A program made the position numbers and the translations under genes. The notes beneath the pieces are model-generated. The model saw only the letters and a program-made list of their open reading frames with translations, had not been told where the DNA came from and searched no databases. Of a stretch of 64,000 nt of DNA, positions 51,364-62,887 are shown one piece after another (position 1 is the stretch's first letter; each line of letters begins with the position of its first letter). The stretch comes from Leucoraja ocellata (taxonomy: Eukaryota): the NCBI GenBank assembly GCA_036785375.1, contig JAWMAR010001182.1, positions 186,001 through 250,000 of the forward strand, given 5' to 3'.

Positions 51364-54300
51364 GCTGCAGGTTTCTGAGGCACATCTGCTGCAGATGTTC
51401 AGCTATGTAGCTTATTGTGGTGCAGGCAGTGGCGCCGGAAACCATTTGCTGTAAGCGGAAACGCCACTACCTCCACAGGATATCTCCACTCCGTCAAAAT
51501 ATTGCACTAACAGCAAACTTTAATATGTGTACCACGAAATTCCACGACTTAATAGTAAAAAGCAACGTTGTACGCAGTTGTTGATTTAACACAGCGGCGC
51601 TGCTTTCGAAATACCTCAGGCCTATTTAGACTTTTGGAGAGGTCCCTCTCCCCTCACCCCACTCAACATCAACAACAGCACAGTCACATATGTGGAGTAT
51701 TTTAAGTTCCTGTGAACCATCATCTCCAAGGACTTTAAATGGGGGGCTACCATCGACTCCACGGTCAAAAATGCACAACAAAGTATGTACTTCCTGCGGC
51801 ACTGATGAAGCACAATCTGCCACCGGTAATGATGGTCCAATTCTATACGGGCATCGTACAGTCTGTCCTCACCTTAACCATCATGGTCTGGTTTGGCGCG
51901 ACATCTGGAGGCCGCAGCGAATCGTCCGATCAGCTGAGAAGGCTATTGGCAGCAACCGTCCCTCCATTGATGAACTATACACTGCAAGGGCAGGGAAGCG
52001 AGCGGGTAAGATAATTTCTGACCCCTCTCACCCTGGCCACAACCACAACCTCTTCGGATCACTTCTCTCTGGAAGGCGACTCCGGACTGTCAAAGCTGCC
52101 ACAGACAGACATAAAAACAACTTTTTTTCCACGAGTAGTAGCTCTATTCAATAACCAAAAATCTGTAACCTCCTTTTGCTCTGGTGTTTGATTTAATTAA
52201 CATGTTTAATCAATAATGTGTTGTTATTATTAATGTTTAATGTGTTGTGTGTCATTCCTAACTGTCACTGTATGTCGTTGTCACTTGCGGGCGGAGCACC
52301 AAGACAAATTCCTTGTATGTGAATACTTGGCCAATAAACTTATTCATGCATTAATTCATTCATAATGAACTTTATATGTTTTTATTTAAACAGAGCTATA
52401 GAGAACAAATTATATATATTTACGAACAACCTCCTTGGGCTGTCACCTTTGCTACCCGATTGCTGATCCCTCTTGAATAGATGGCCATTTCCAAACTCAG
52501 TTAAGGTGGATGATGATATAATTTGTACAAGAGTCGAGTGCCGAAGACAAGAGGTGAGAGATAACGGTGGGAAGGGAAATATGTAAAATGCATCGGAGGG
52601 CAACCTTTGCAAACAACGGGCTATGGGTTCATGGAGCCAGCTCACACGTGTTGCTGGGCGACCTAGAGCAACTACAGCCTTAAAAAAACTTGAACAAAGA
52701 ATACTTGGAGTTGACTGGAGCATGTTATTTGAGGGAAAGGAACATCGGCCAAGTGGGATGTTTTTAAAAGTGTGCGGATCTGTGCGGATTTAAAAGCTAA
52801 GGATCTGTACGTCCCCGTTAGTGTGAAGGGAAAATCAGGAAATGTAAGGAAGCTTGGCTGACGAGGGAAATGTAGGCGTTGTTCAAGAACAAGGAGGATG
52901 CATAAGGAGCTAAGGAGTAAACTGAAAAAAGCAGATCAGAAGGGCAGAAATGGGCCAGGAAATAGCTCTGACGTTAAGCATTAAGGACAATCACAAAATA
53001 TTTTATAAACTCATACGGGGGAAAGGGTATCTAGAGAGAGAGTGGGACCTCTCAGAAATCAAAGCGGTCACCTCTGTGTGGAGCCACAGGAGATGGACAA
53101 AGTCCTCAATGAATATTTCTCCTCTGTATTGACCGAGGAGAAATACAATAGGCCGAGGTACTTGGGGCCAGTCAATGGGAGTGTCTAGCGAGCAGTCAGT
53201 GTTACTGTGGGAGCAGTATTGAATATATTGTCGTGTATGAAGGTAGCCAACCCTCCAGGGCCTTATCAGATATATCCGTGGAAATTGCAGGAAACTAGAG
53301 AGGAAATTGCGGGAGCCCTGGTTGAAATTCATGAGTCATCCTTAAATACAAGAGAGATGCCGGAAGACTAGAGGGTGGCAAATGTTGTGACTCTTTTCAA
53401 GAAGGGCTGCAGGGGAAATGCTGCGAACTCTAGGCCAGTGAGCTGAACATCTGTTGTTGGAAAGTTACGGGAGATGGATTCTGATGGATATGTTATAAAA
53501 GCATTTGGATGGGCAAGGGTTGAGTAGGGATAGTCAACATGGTTTGTACGTGGGAGATCGTGTCTCACAAATCTGAGTGATGTTTTGAAGACGTGACCAA
53601 AAAGGTCGACGAGGGTAGTGTTGTCGATGTTATGTACATGAATTTCAGTAAAGCATTGGACAAGGGTCCGCATGGTAGTCTGCTCTGAAAGGTTAGATCC
53701 AAGGAGAGCTAGCTGAATGGACAATAAATTGGCTCAATGGACAGAAGCAGAGGGTGATGATGGAAGATTGCTTCTCAGACTGGAGGCCTGTGACTAGTAT
53801 GTGCCTCAGGGTTCGGTGCTGGGCCCGTTACTGTTTGTCATCAACATCAATGATTTGGATGAGAACATACAGGGAAATATTAGCAAGTTTGCTGATGATA
53901 CAAAAGTGAGTGGTTTTGCAGATGGTGAAGATGACTGTGAAGTATTGTAGCAGGATCTGGATCGATTGGCAAGGTGGGCGGAGGAAAGGTTGATGGAATT
54001 TAATACAGAGAAGTGTGAAGTGTTTTGGGACGTCCAACAGGGACAGGGCCTACACAGTAAATGGTCGGCCTCTGGGTAGTGTGGTAGAGCAGTGGGATCA
54101 AGGAGTACAGGTGCATGGTTCCTTGAAGGTCAAGTGGCGGGTTGATAAGGTGGGCAAGAAGAATTGTGGCACTTTAGCCTACATCAGTCAGAGTAATGAA
54201 TATGGAAGTTGGGCTGTCATGTTGCAGTTCTATAAGACGTTGATGAAACCGCATTTAGAATATTGTGTTCAGTTCTGGGCACCATGTTATAGCAAAGATA

Positions 54301-55325
54301 TTTTCAAGCTTGAAACGGTTCAAAAAGGATTTACGAGGATTTTGCCAAGATGAGAGGGTGCTAGTTATAGAGAGAGGTTGAGTAGACTAGGCCCCTATTC
54401 CATTTAGAATAGGAGGATGGGGATGATCGTATTGAGGTGTACAAAATCATGAGATGAATAGATGGGGTAGATGTGCAGAGTCCCTTGTCCAGACTGGGGG
54501 AATCGAAGACTAGAGGACATTGGACCAAGGTGAACGGGAAAAGATTTAGTAGGAATCCGAGCGGTAACTTTTTCAAGCAGTGGGTGTTGGATGTATGCAA
54601 CACGCTGCCAGAGGAGACAGTTGAGGATTGGACTACCCCGTCGTTTAAGAAATAGTTGGACAGGTACATGCCTAGGACAGGTTTGAAGGGATACGGACCA
54701 AGCGGTGGCAAGTGGGACTAGTTTAGCTGGGGATGTGATGGCCTGTGTGGGCAAGTTGTGACGAAGGGCCTGTTTCCACGCTGTATCACTTTATGACGGT
54801 CTGACTGTGACTTGATCGGAATTGATGCCTTGGGCGGGCGGTCCCGTTTCCGTGTAACTCGCCTTAATTACTATTTATACCTTATATACCTTACATTTTA
54901 TTTACATTGCATCGAGCGGCGACGTCCATTCAACCCGGGGCTAGAATGCTCGTCGAATTAGGTGTATTTAATTGCATTCATTATCGTAAAAATGGAGTCA
55001 ATGAAAGGGCGTTCACGTCGCGCCCCTGTTTCCACCAACCTTTCCACCGCCACGTACAAGACGCGCAAGAAACGCAAGACAGACACCATTGTGTGCAAAT
55101 GCCGAGAAGCGTGTGCAGCCCTGGCTGAACACTTTCTAATCTTGTGATGTGGACTCGATAAGAAGAAGTCTGTAAACACGATTGTTTCGTCTTCAACCGG
55201 AATATCAAAAGAAGTAATGACGATGTTGCAATCTAATTGCTCCCCAGAGGATGATATAAGACATAAATATTCGTGTGCTCGTGTTTATTTTAGCTGATGC
55301 AGCTCCGCAATCGAAATCAGGGAAG

Positions 55326-57406
55326 ATGCACGCGCCTGGAAACGGGCCAATCTTCGCCACTTATTACACAATCCTTGCAGTCGTCGGTGTTCCAGGTAAA
55401 GCTTCGCCAAAGTTGATAAATACGTAACCGTGTCCATGATGAGCTGATATGTTCCGCTCCGGCCGCCTTACTCTTCGGTTCTACACCACAATTTTCCACA
55501 ATTTGTCCCTTATCGTTGCTCTTAAAACTTCGAATTTTACACGGGGAAGCTTTGGTAAGGGCGTTACTTATTATATCCAGTCTTTACATTATTACAATAA
55601 TTTATTTTATGGCATAACCTATTTTCATAGTTGATTCGAAGTTCCCCTTATGTCTTAGTTTTGTTGCAAATATACTTTACTGGCGCTTTCAGATTCGTCC
55701 ATAAAACTCCACATATCCTGTTCCAATATGTCTACCCTGCCTTGCTTAAAATTGTCCTGTCCATGTTAATCTGTGAGTCATTTCGGTTATTAATTAACCT
55801 TGTCCTGTTTGAAGATAGACAAGTCAAGTGTGACGAGGCACATGTACCAAGCATATGTGGACAAGCTTTTCCCTTTGAGAATAGGGAAGATTCAAACGAG
55901 AGGACATGACTTCAGCATTAAGGGACAGAAGTTTAGGGATAATATGAGGGGGAACTTCTTTACTCAGAGAGTGGTAGCGGTGTGGAATGAGCTTCCAGTG
56001 GAAGTGGTGGAGGCAGGTTCATTGGTATAATTTAAAAATAAATTGGATAGGCATATGGATGAGAAGGGAATGGAGGGTTATGGTATGTGTGCAGGCAGGT
56101 GGGACTAAGGGGAAATAAGTTGTTCGGCACGGACTTGTAGGGCCGAGATGGCCTGTTTCCGTGCTGTAATTGTTATATGGTTTATATGGTTACCATAAAA
56201 ATCGTGCTTGCAACAGCATGACAGGCAACACGCACAAATATACATACCACGTAAATTATACCAGGCAGTGAAATTCATAAGACTGCGCAATTATGTCCAT
56301 CGTAGTGCACGCGATAGGCCGTAGAGCTCGGTTTCGTGTGGCCATTTGATATCAGAAACAAGTAACCATCAAACCAATAACCGCTTCACGCTCTGCATTC
56401 GTTGCAACGATATGGGATTGCACGTCTGCTCCCAAAAGCCAGTAATGAAGAGATCACCGATAGATATTATTTACATACTCCCACTCTTTTCCTTGCAGCT
56501 AACGTCCTGACGATTGCCATTCTGTCCCAGGGAAAGTGCGGCCTCTCGAAATGCATCACTCGGTACCTGGTATTCATGGCGGTGACAGATTTCCTGGTCA
56601 TCGTCACGGCTGTGATATTCAGCCGCCTTCGGGCGATTTATTTTCCAGTTAGTATCTTATCCACCACGCCGGGTTGCAGTCTAATCATTGCGCTCAGCTC
56701 CGCAGCTAAAGATGCTTCCGTTTGGTTAACGGTGGCTTTCACCTTCGATCGGTGTGTGGCGATCTGCTGCCAACAACTGAAACTGAGGTATTGCAACGAG
56801 AAAACCGCGGCCGTTGTTATTGGAACCGTTTGCTTCCTCGCCTGTTTGAGAAACGTCCCGTTTTATTTTGAATTTGAACCGATGTACATTATCGATACAG
56901 TGCCCTGGTTCTGCAGCATAAAAGAAATATTTTATACTTCCGTCGCTTGGAGAGTGTATGAATGGTCGCACCGGATGTTAAACCCATGCGTTCCTTTCCT
57001 ACTGATTTTGATGCTCAATGTGCTGACGGTCAGATATATCCTGGCCGCCAACAGAGCTCGCGGTAGACTTCGGGCCCAGAACAACGGAGAGAAACAGAGG
57101 GACCCAGAGATGCAGAGCAGGAGAAAGTCCATCATTTTGCTCTTCGCCATCTCGGGCTGTTTTATTCTGCTCTGGGCCACGGACGTTGCAAATTTTCTAT
57201 TTGTGCAAATCACAGCGAATAACTATGTCAGCGCCTCTAATTCCAATGACCCGAAGTTCATATTTCAAGAAGGCGGATATATGTTGCAGTTTCTCAGTTC
57301 CTGCGCCAACACATTTATCTATGCGGGGACTCAGACTAAATTCAGACAGCAGCTGAAGACAACTATCCTATACCCTTTCAACATAATTAGACAACGGTTC
57401 AAATAA
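55326..57406 (+). CDS. Orphan class A GPCR, GPR139/GPR142-like (GPCR-2), 325 aa; exon 1 55326-55395, exon 2 56499-57406
   Basis: Exon 1 MHAPGNGPIFATYYTILAVVGVP plus GTAAAG donor; ccttgcAG acceptor in phase 1 into (A)NVLTIAILSQGKCGLSKC. SVWLTVAFTFDRCVAIC and FLSSCANTFIY..TQTKFR motifs. Confidence 0.93.
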
Positions 57407-57718
57407 TAGTCAAGACAAATACAATTGTACGAAGGGTTCATAAAGGGAAGGATATTTTCAGTCTACATTACAATTAAAAATGGTCGGGTCAATTGCGCTT
57501 CAGGGTTTGTAGTATTATTGTCACATTATTGGAAGTAACTGTTGAAACTTTGTGGAAACAGATAAAAGTGTATATCTTAGCGGAAGGAAATTGCAAAATA
57601 AAATTCCGTCAACTCGACTTTCTACGTTTTGACAAATATGAGCGTTGTTGGTCAGAGGAGCATTTACTCAACACCTTTATTTGACTTTGACGCAACGAGT
57701 TTCTGAAACATTTCAAAG

Positions 57719-57878
57719 NNNNNNNNNNNNNNNNNNNNNNNNNNNNNNNNNNNNNNNNNNNNNNNNNNNNNNNNNNNNNNNNNNNNNNNNNNNNNNNNNN
57801 NNNNNNNNNNNNNNNNNNNNNNNNNNNNNNNNNNNNNNNNNNNNNNNNNNNNNNNNNNNNNNNNNNNNNNNNNNNNNN
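57719..57878. other. Assembly gap (160 N)
   Basis: Run of N. Confidence 1.
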
Positions 57879-57904
57879 CGTACTTTGCCCGCGAACGACG
57901 TCTC

Positions 57905-58077
57905 TTTATTTATTAACCAAAAATAATTTTAATCATCTATTTACAAAAACACATACAAAAATACAAATAAACCCACCACTATAATACAAAGTAAACAAAT
58001 ATTCCTAAATATTAAATAGCCATTTCCCCATCCTTATTGAGGATACATTCTACCCCCCGCGGTGCCCAGCGGTCCCG
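57905..58077 (-). mobile_element. Possible Tx1-type LINE 3' end
   Basis: Minus strand DRWAPRGVECILNKDGEMAI-stop followed by a T-rich 3' UTR with AATAAA. Confidence 0.4.
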
Positions 58078-58799
58078 TTGATGATGTTATTTTCTGGATT
58101 GTCTTGCTGACGTCAGCAGAAGCCGTCAGCCGTGTAATTGAGATAGAACTCTAGTGAAATGCGTTTGCTGCCGTCCTGAGATCGCGATTGGTCTTGTCCT
58201 TCAACTTTATTCCTGACACAATGTGTTGATGAAAATACATTATCCATCTCACGATCTCCCTGCTAACTGTCGTACTTACTTCCACTCTTCATGCAGGCGG
58301 TTTTCGAAATATACAAGAGTCCGTGGGAGACTGTAGAGATATTTACATAGATCAGCAACGGAGTCCATGTCAATGCAAAACATTTCCGAGTCGTACAAGG
58401 TATAGTTCCACATCGGAATATCAAGATGTTGAACATTGGGAACAACAGCGTTCGCACGAATTCACATATTGAAAACAATCACAGTCTTCCTGCTTTTTGG
58501 CACACTTTATTCCAAGCGAATAAGTACCCTGTCTATAATGAGCCGAGTCGAACACATATCAAGATATCACACATGTTTATTACATCTACTTACAGCATGG
58601 GTCTGTAGGACATTACATTTCCAAGGAATTACTCATACCAACTAGCATAGGCAAGCACTTGATAATATCAAGCACATACTAGGCGGAGTCGCTACTAACA
58701 AGCACTATAAATGGCTAGTAGGAAATAACCAATCTACATCTTTCCTTTAGAAACAAAAGAAACACCAGTGGCTAAGCAATATAGGTGGACTGTTAATAA

Positions 58800-59235
58800 C
58801 ACATCTGGTTGTACTTCCCCTTTGCCCAACTTGACGCCATTTAGATAGTAATCTGCCTTCCTGTTTTTGGTGCCAAGGTGGATAACCTCACCTTTATCCG
58901 CATCTGCCATGCATCTGCCCACTCCCCCAACCTGTCCAAGTCACCCTGCATTCTCATAGCATCCTCCTCACAGTTCTCACTGCCACCCAGCGATCTTGTC
59001 ATCTGCAAACTTGCTAATGCTACTTTGAATCCATTCATCCAAATCATTGATGTATGTTGGAAATAGTTGCGGTCCCAGCACCGAGCCTTGCGCTATCCCA
59101 CTAGTCACTGCCTGCCATTTTGAAAGGGACCCGTTAATCCCTACTTTGTGTTACCTGTCTGCCGACCAAATCTCTATCTATGTCAACACTCTACCCCCAA
59201 TACCATGTGCCCTCATTTTCCCCACTAATCACCTA
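58800..59235 (-). mobile_element. Decayed CR1 RT fragment
   Basis: MRMQGDLDRLGEWADAWQM, KADYYLNGVKLGKG. Confidence 0.85.
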
Positions 59236-59339
59236 AAGTCATCGAATTTCGTGCAGGCGAAAACCACTGCGAACAATTCTTTTTCGATCTGGGCGTGGTG
59301 CGATGTGGTGCTCTTGGAAGTCATTATCAACAATGTTGT

Positions 59340-59510
59340 AGCAGGTGCAGGCTCGTCCTTGAAGCTGCTGGATTCACACGGGAACGGCAGCACCGAGCAA
59401 AGTGGTTTAACGTCTTGCAGAATTTGCAGGCGTTGTCATAAGCAACACAGAACTGACGACCCGTAGAATGGAAATAGTTGCAATTTTGACACCGAAAGTA
59501 CACAATACGC
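59340..59510 (-). mobile_element. Ty3/Gypsy gag-like zinc-knuckle fragment
   Basis: CQNCNYFH....CVAYDNACKFCKTLNHFARCCRS resembles the CxxC..H / CPA...CxxC.K.NHFA..CRS double knuckle of Gypsy gag. Confidence 0.55.
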
Positions 59511-59639
59511 GGAGTAACTACTAAGAAGAATTGTAACTGGCTAGTAGGAAATAACCAATTTTCCTTCCTATTTCTCCAAAATGTCTCCGTTTTGTTAAGA
59601 GCGCTCGCTGACGAACGCTCATGGGGATCACAGAGGGTG

Positions 59640-59678
59640 GGTTTTTGTTCGAGCCTGCAGCATTTCTGCAACAGTGTG
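59640..59678 (-). promoter_or_regulatory. 23-RSS of V-a2
   Basis: CACACTG + 23 nt + ACAAAAACC (minus strand). Confidence 0.93.
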
Positions 59679-60165
59679 CGTCTCATGGCGCAGATGTACA
59701 GGGCGGAATCAGACATCACGGGGTCGCGTATCATGAACTCGGTCATCGTCGCAGTTTTATTGAACGTAGCAGAGAAGCGATCGGTCACGCCCTGGTTCCT
59801 TAATACAATATCTCCCAGAACCTGAAGCAGGTAGTGTGGAGAGTGAGCTGGGCGCTGTTTGTACCAGTAAACATAAGGCGTTGTATCACTGGTTTTCAGA
59901 GCACAGCTTAGTGTGACATTCCTTCCCTCTTCGAATCGTCATTTCTGCTTCGGATTGTTCCACTGTATTTTGATGTGTCGAATCTAAGAGAAAATAGTGA
60001 CAATGGCACAATTAGCGTCTTTGCGTGAAGCAGCATAGGTATTAACCTTCCACTGTCAACAATTAGGTTACGACATTCATTGCAAGATAGCATTTTTTAC
60101 GGGCAAGAAATATCTTACTGAGAAGTGACATGGGTAATGAACAGCGGGAGGAGGTGTCCGACAAT
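59679..60165 (-). pseudogene. TCR V segment family a (V-a2), frameshifted; leader about 60119-60165, V exon 59679-59983
   Basis: STHQNTVEQSEAEM/+1/EEGRNVTLSCALKTSDTTPYVYWYKQ...SDSALYICAMR. Leader has no ATG at the homologous position and carries a +1 insertion. The defects may be sequencing errors. Confidence 0.85.
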
Positions 60166-61939
60166 AATAGGTATAAATCTGTAGCTGCTCATCATTTGAA
60201 ACACTCTGTCCAAACCAACACTCTGTAAAACCAACCAAGACCAACCAGCGACCGGCTGCAGCTGGCTCCCAAAGACAAAGGCACGACATGTTCACAGAGC
60301 GACAGAACCAAAGGCGAGAGATGGGCGGGGCCATCATAAGATGACATCGATTGGATACTGCGTGAGAGGCGGAACGTGCGGTTGCAGGGCGGAGATGGGG
60401 TGGAGCGAAATTCCCATGGCGGGCCAACAGAGGGCGAGCATGCCTTATAATCCACACTCGCCTTTCATCCGCACACAGCTGAAGGAAATGACCCGATGTA
60501 AGTCGTTTCAATGGGGATTTCTGAGAAAAGACATCTGAAATTCCTTACCATACCGAATTTATAATCGGTAATTTCACCGATTTGATTTGTGATCATACTG
60601 ATACTCTCGAATGCGCCGACAGACAGCGTCAGTTCCTATGATCGGGGGAGAACCATGTTTACAGAGTTACAGAGATAGGTTGAATAATAGGTCTTTATTC
60701 TCTGGAGCGCAGAAGGTTAAGGGGAGGACTTGATAGAGGTCTTTAAAATGATGAGAGGGATAGACAGAGTTGATGTGGACAAGCTTTTCCCTTTGAGAAT
60801 AGGGAAGATTCAACAAGAGGACATGACTTCAGAATTAAGGGACAGAAGTTTAGGGGTAATATGAGGGGGGACTTCTTTACTCAGAGAGTGGTAGCGGTGT
60901 GGAATGAGCTTGCAGTGGAAGTGGGTGGAGGCAGGTTCATTGGTATTAATTAAAAATAAATTGGATAGGCATATGGATGAGAAGGGAATGGAGGGGTTAT
61001 GGTATGAGTGCAGGCAGGTAGGAACTAAGGGAAACAAAAGTTTTCGGCACGGACTTGTAGGGCCGAGATGGCCTGTTTCCGTGCTGTAATTGTTATATGG
61101 TTATATGGTTATATGTTTAGTTTAATTTAGTTTAGTTTAGTGTAGTTTTAGTTTAGAGATACAGCGTTTAGAGATACTTTAACTTGGAGATACAGGCCCT
61201 TCGATCCAGCAGGGGGGCAGATATCCACACCATATTAGGGACAATTTTACAATCATGCCAAAGCAATTAACCTACAAATCTGTACCTTTAGAGTGTGGGA
61301 GGAAACTATAGCTCCCAGAGAAAACACACGCAGGTCACGGAGAACGTACAAACGTCGTGCAACAGCTTGTACATAGCCAGGATAGAACCCGGGTGTATAG
61401 CAGCAACTCAACCGCTGCGCAGGCACGCGTCCAACGACTGTCAATCACAGTTTTTGTGTGGTCACAATTGATCGTTATCTTCCAAATTTATTCGTGGAGC
61501 ACACAGTACAATATCCCTCTATAGATATCCTTTCAGTGCTTCAGGCAGACGGGATTTTTAAATACAGGAGTCCGTGCTTTTCAGTAAATAAATTTAATAA
61601 ATATTACAAAGCGATACCAGGTCGATGCGAAGGGAATTATGAGACGGTTAGATTTTTGAAAAAATCTGAATATCTCTGTGTTGGTCAACAGACTAAACTG
61701 TTCGGACTTATTCACATCCGAAAACAACCCGACTTTCCCGATTGTTTGTTGCAGTTTACCTCCAGGCGAATAAGGGCACAATAGCGCAGCGGTAGAGCTG
61801 CTGCCTTGGAGCTCCAGGTTCGATCCTGACCACGGGTACCGTCTGCACGGGGTTTGTACTATATCCCTGTGATTGCGTGGGTTTGCACCGGGTGCTCTGC
61901 TTACCTCCCACACACAAGGTAGAGGGTTGTAGATTGTTT

Positions 61940-62120
61940 AAGAAGGAACTGCAGATGCTGGAAAATCAAAAGTACACAAAAATGCTGGAGAAACTTAGCG
62001 GATGCAGCAGCATCTATGGAGCGAAGGAAATAGGCAACGTTTCGGCCCGTAACGTTGCCTATTTCCTTCGCTCCATAGATGCTGCTGCATCCGCTGAGTT
62101 TCTCCGGATTTTTGTGTACC
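61940..62120. mobile_element. Palindromic Penelope-like/MITE-like element inserted in a V-SINE; relatives at about 600-760, 6420-6520, 7815-8025 and 32100-32260
   Basis: About 70-bp arms (gtacacaaaaatgctggagaaac...ggcaacgtt / aacgttgcc...tttttgtgtac) form a near-perfect hairpin. Confidence 0.7.
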
Positions 62121-62183
62121 ACCGGGTTGGAGATTAATTGGCTTCGTTAAACATTGTAAATTGGTACGGGTATGGTATTTAGT

Positions 62184-62500
62184 TAGAAACATAGAATCAT
62201 AGAAAATAGGTGCAGGAGTAGGCCATTCGGCCCTTCGAGCCTGCACCGCCATTCAATATGATCATGGCTGATCATCCAACTCAGTATCTTGTTCCTGCCT
62301 TCTCTCCATACCCCCTGATCCCTTTAGCCACAAGGGCCACATCTAACTCCCTCTTAAATATAGCCAATGAACTGGCCTCAACTACTACTCTGCGGCAGAG
62401 TATTCCAGAGATTCACCACTCTCTGTGTGAAAAATGTTTTTCCTCATCTCGGTCCTAAAAGATTTCCCCCTTATCCTTAAACTATGACCCCTTGTTCTGT
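62184..62500 (-). mobile_element. CR1 3' end
   Basis: Same 3' UTR and tail as 16020-16330. Confidence 0.88.
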
Positions 62501-62848
62501 GCCGAGGTAAAGTGAAATTCATTTTCATATGCCGTTCAATACACGTATCAATATACATGAGCACTTAGATACATATCAGAGAACCATCTCAGATATAGTC
62601 CAAGTGTAAACCAGTCGTACAAGCAGCGCCATTGTTCAGTCCTAAGTAGTTGTAATTGTCCCTGGTGTGCAAGATAGTGCTACAGTGTGGATGATCCTCG
62701 GGTAATCGGTGTTCTTAAGGATCCATTTCCGCGTAGTATCTCTAAGGTCTAAAATCTAATGTCTAAAGCTATCTTTTATTGAGGCAGCCCTTTCTGTTTA
62801 ATGACTAAGTGCGCCCTCTAGCGATCGATTATGACAAACACCGAAGGT

Positions 62849-62887
62849 GGATTTTGTTCGAGCCCGCGGCACATTTGCACCAGTGTG
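62849..62887 (-). promoter_or_regulatory. 23-RSS of V-a3
   Basis: CACACTG + 23 nt + ACAAAATCC (minus strand). Confidence 0.88.

Larger units (their letters stand above)
31420..54190 (+). repeat. Segmental duplication copy 2
   Basis: Direct repeat of 1-22115 with many paired ORFs in the ORF track (e.g. 11897/44420, 18560/51045, 15337/47816). Confidence 0.95.

Noticed and set aside
1-54190. Duplication as an uncollapsed-haplotype assembly artefact
   Set aside because: The copies are contiguous with no gap between them and differ by several percent in many stretches plus multiple kb-scale indels, which fits paralogy better. Read depth would confirm.
58263-58620. Hydrophobic ORF and possible small minus-strand exons after the gap
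   Set aside because: No recognisable protein motif; the splice-like signals could be chance.
59327-59788. Apparent V-domain to zinc-knuckle fusion ORF
   Set aside because: Only the 3' part of a V reading through its RSS into a gag-like fragment; no leader, and it would be lost on rearrangement.
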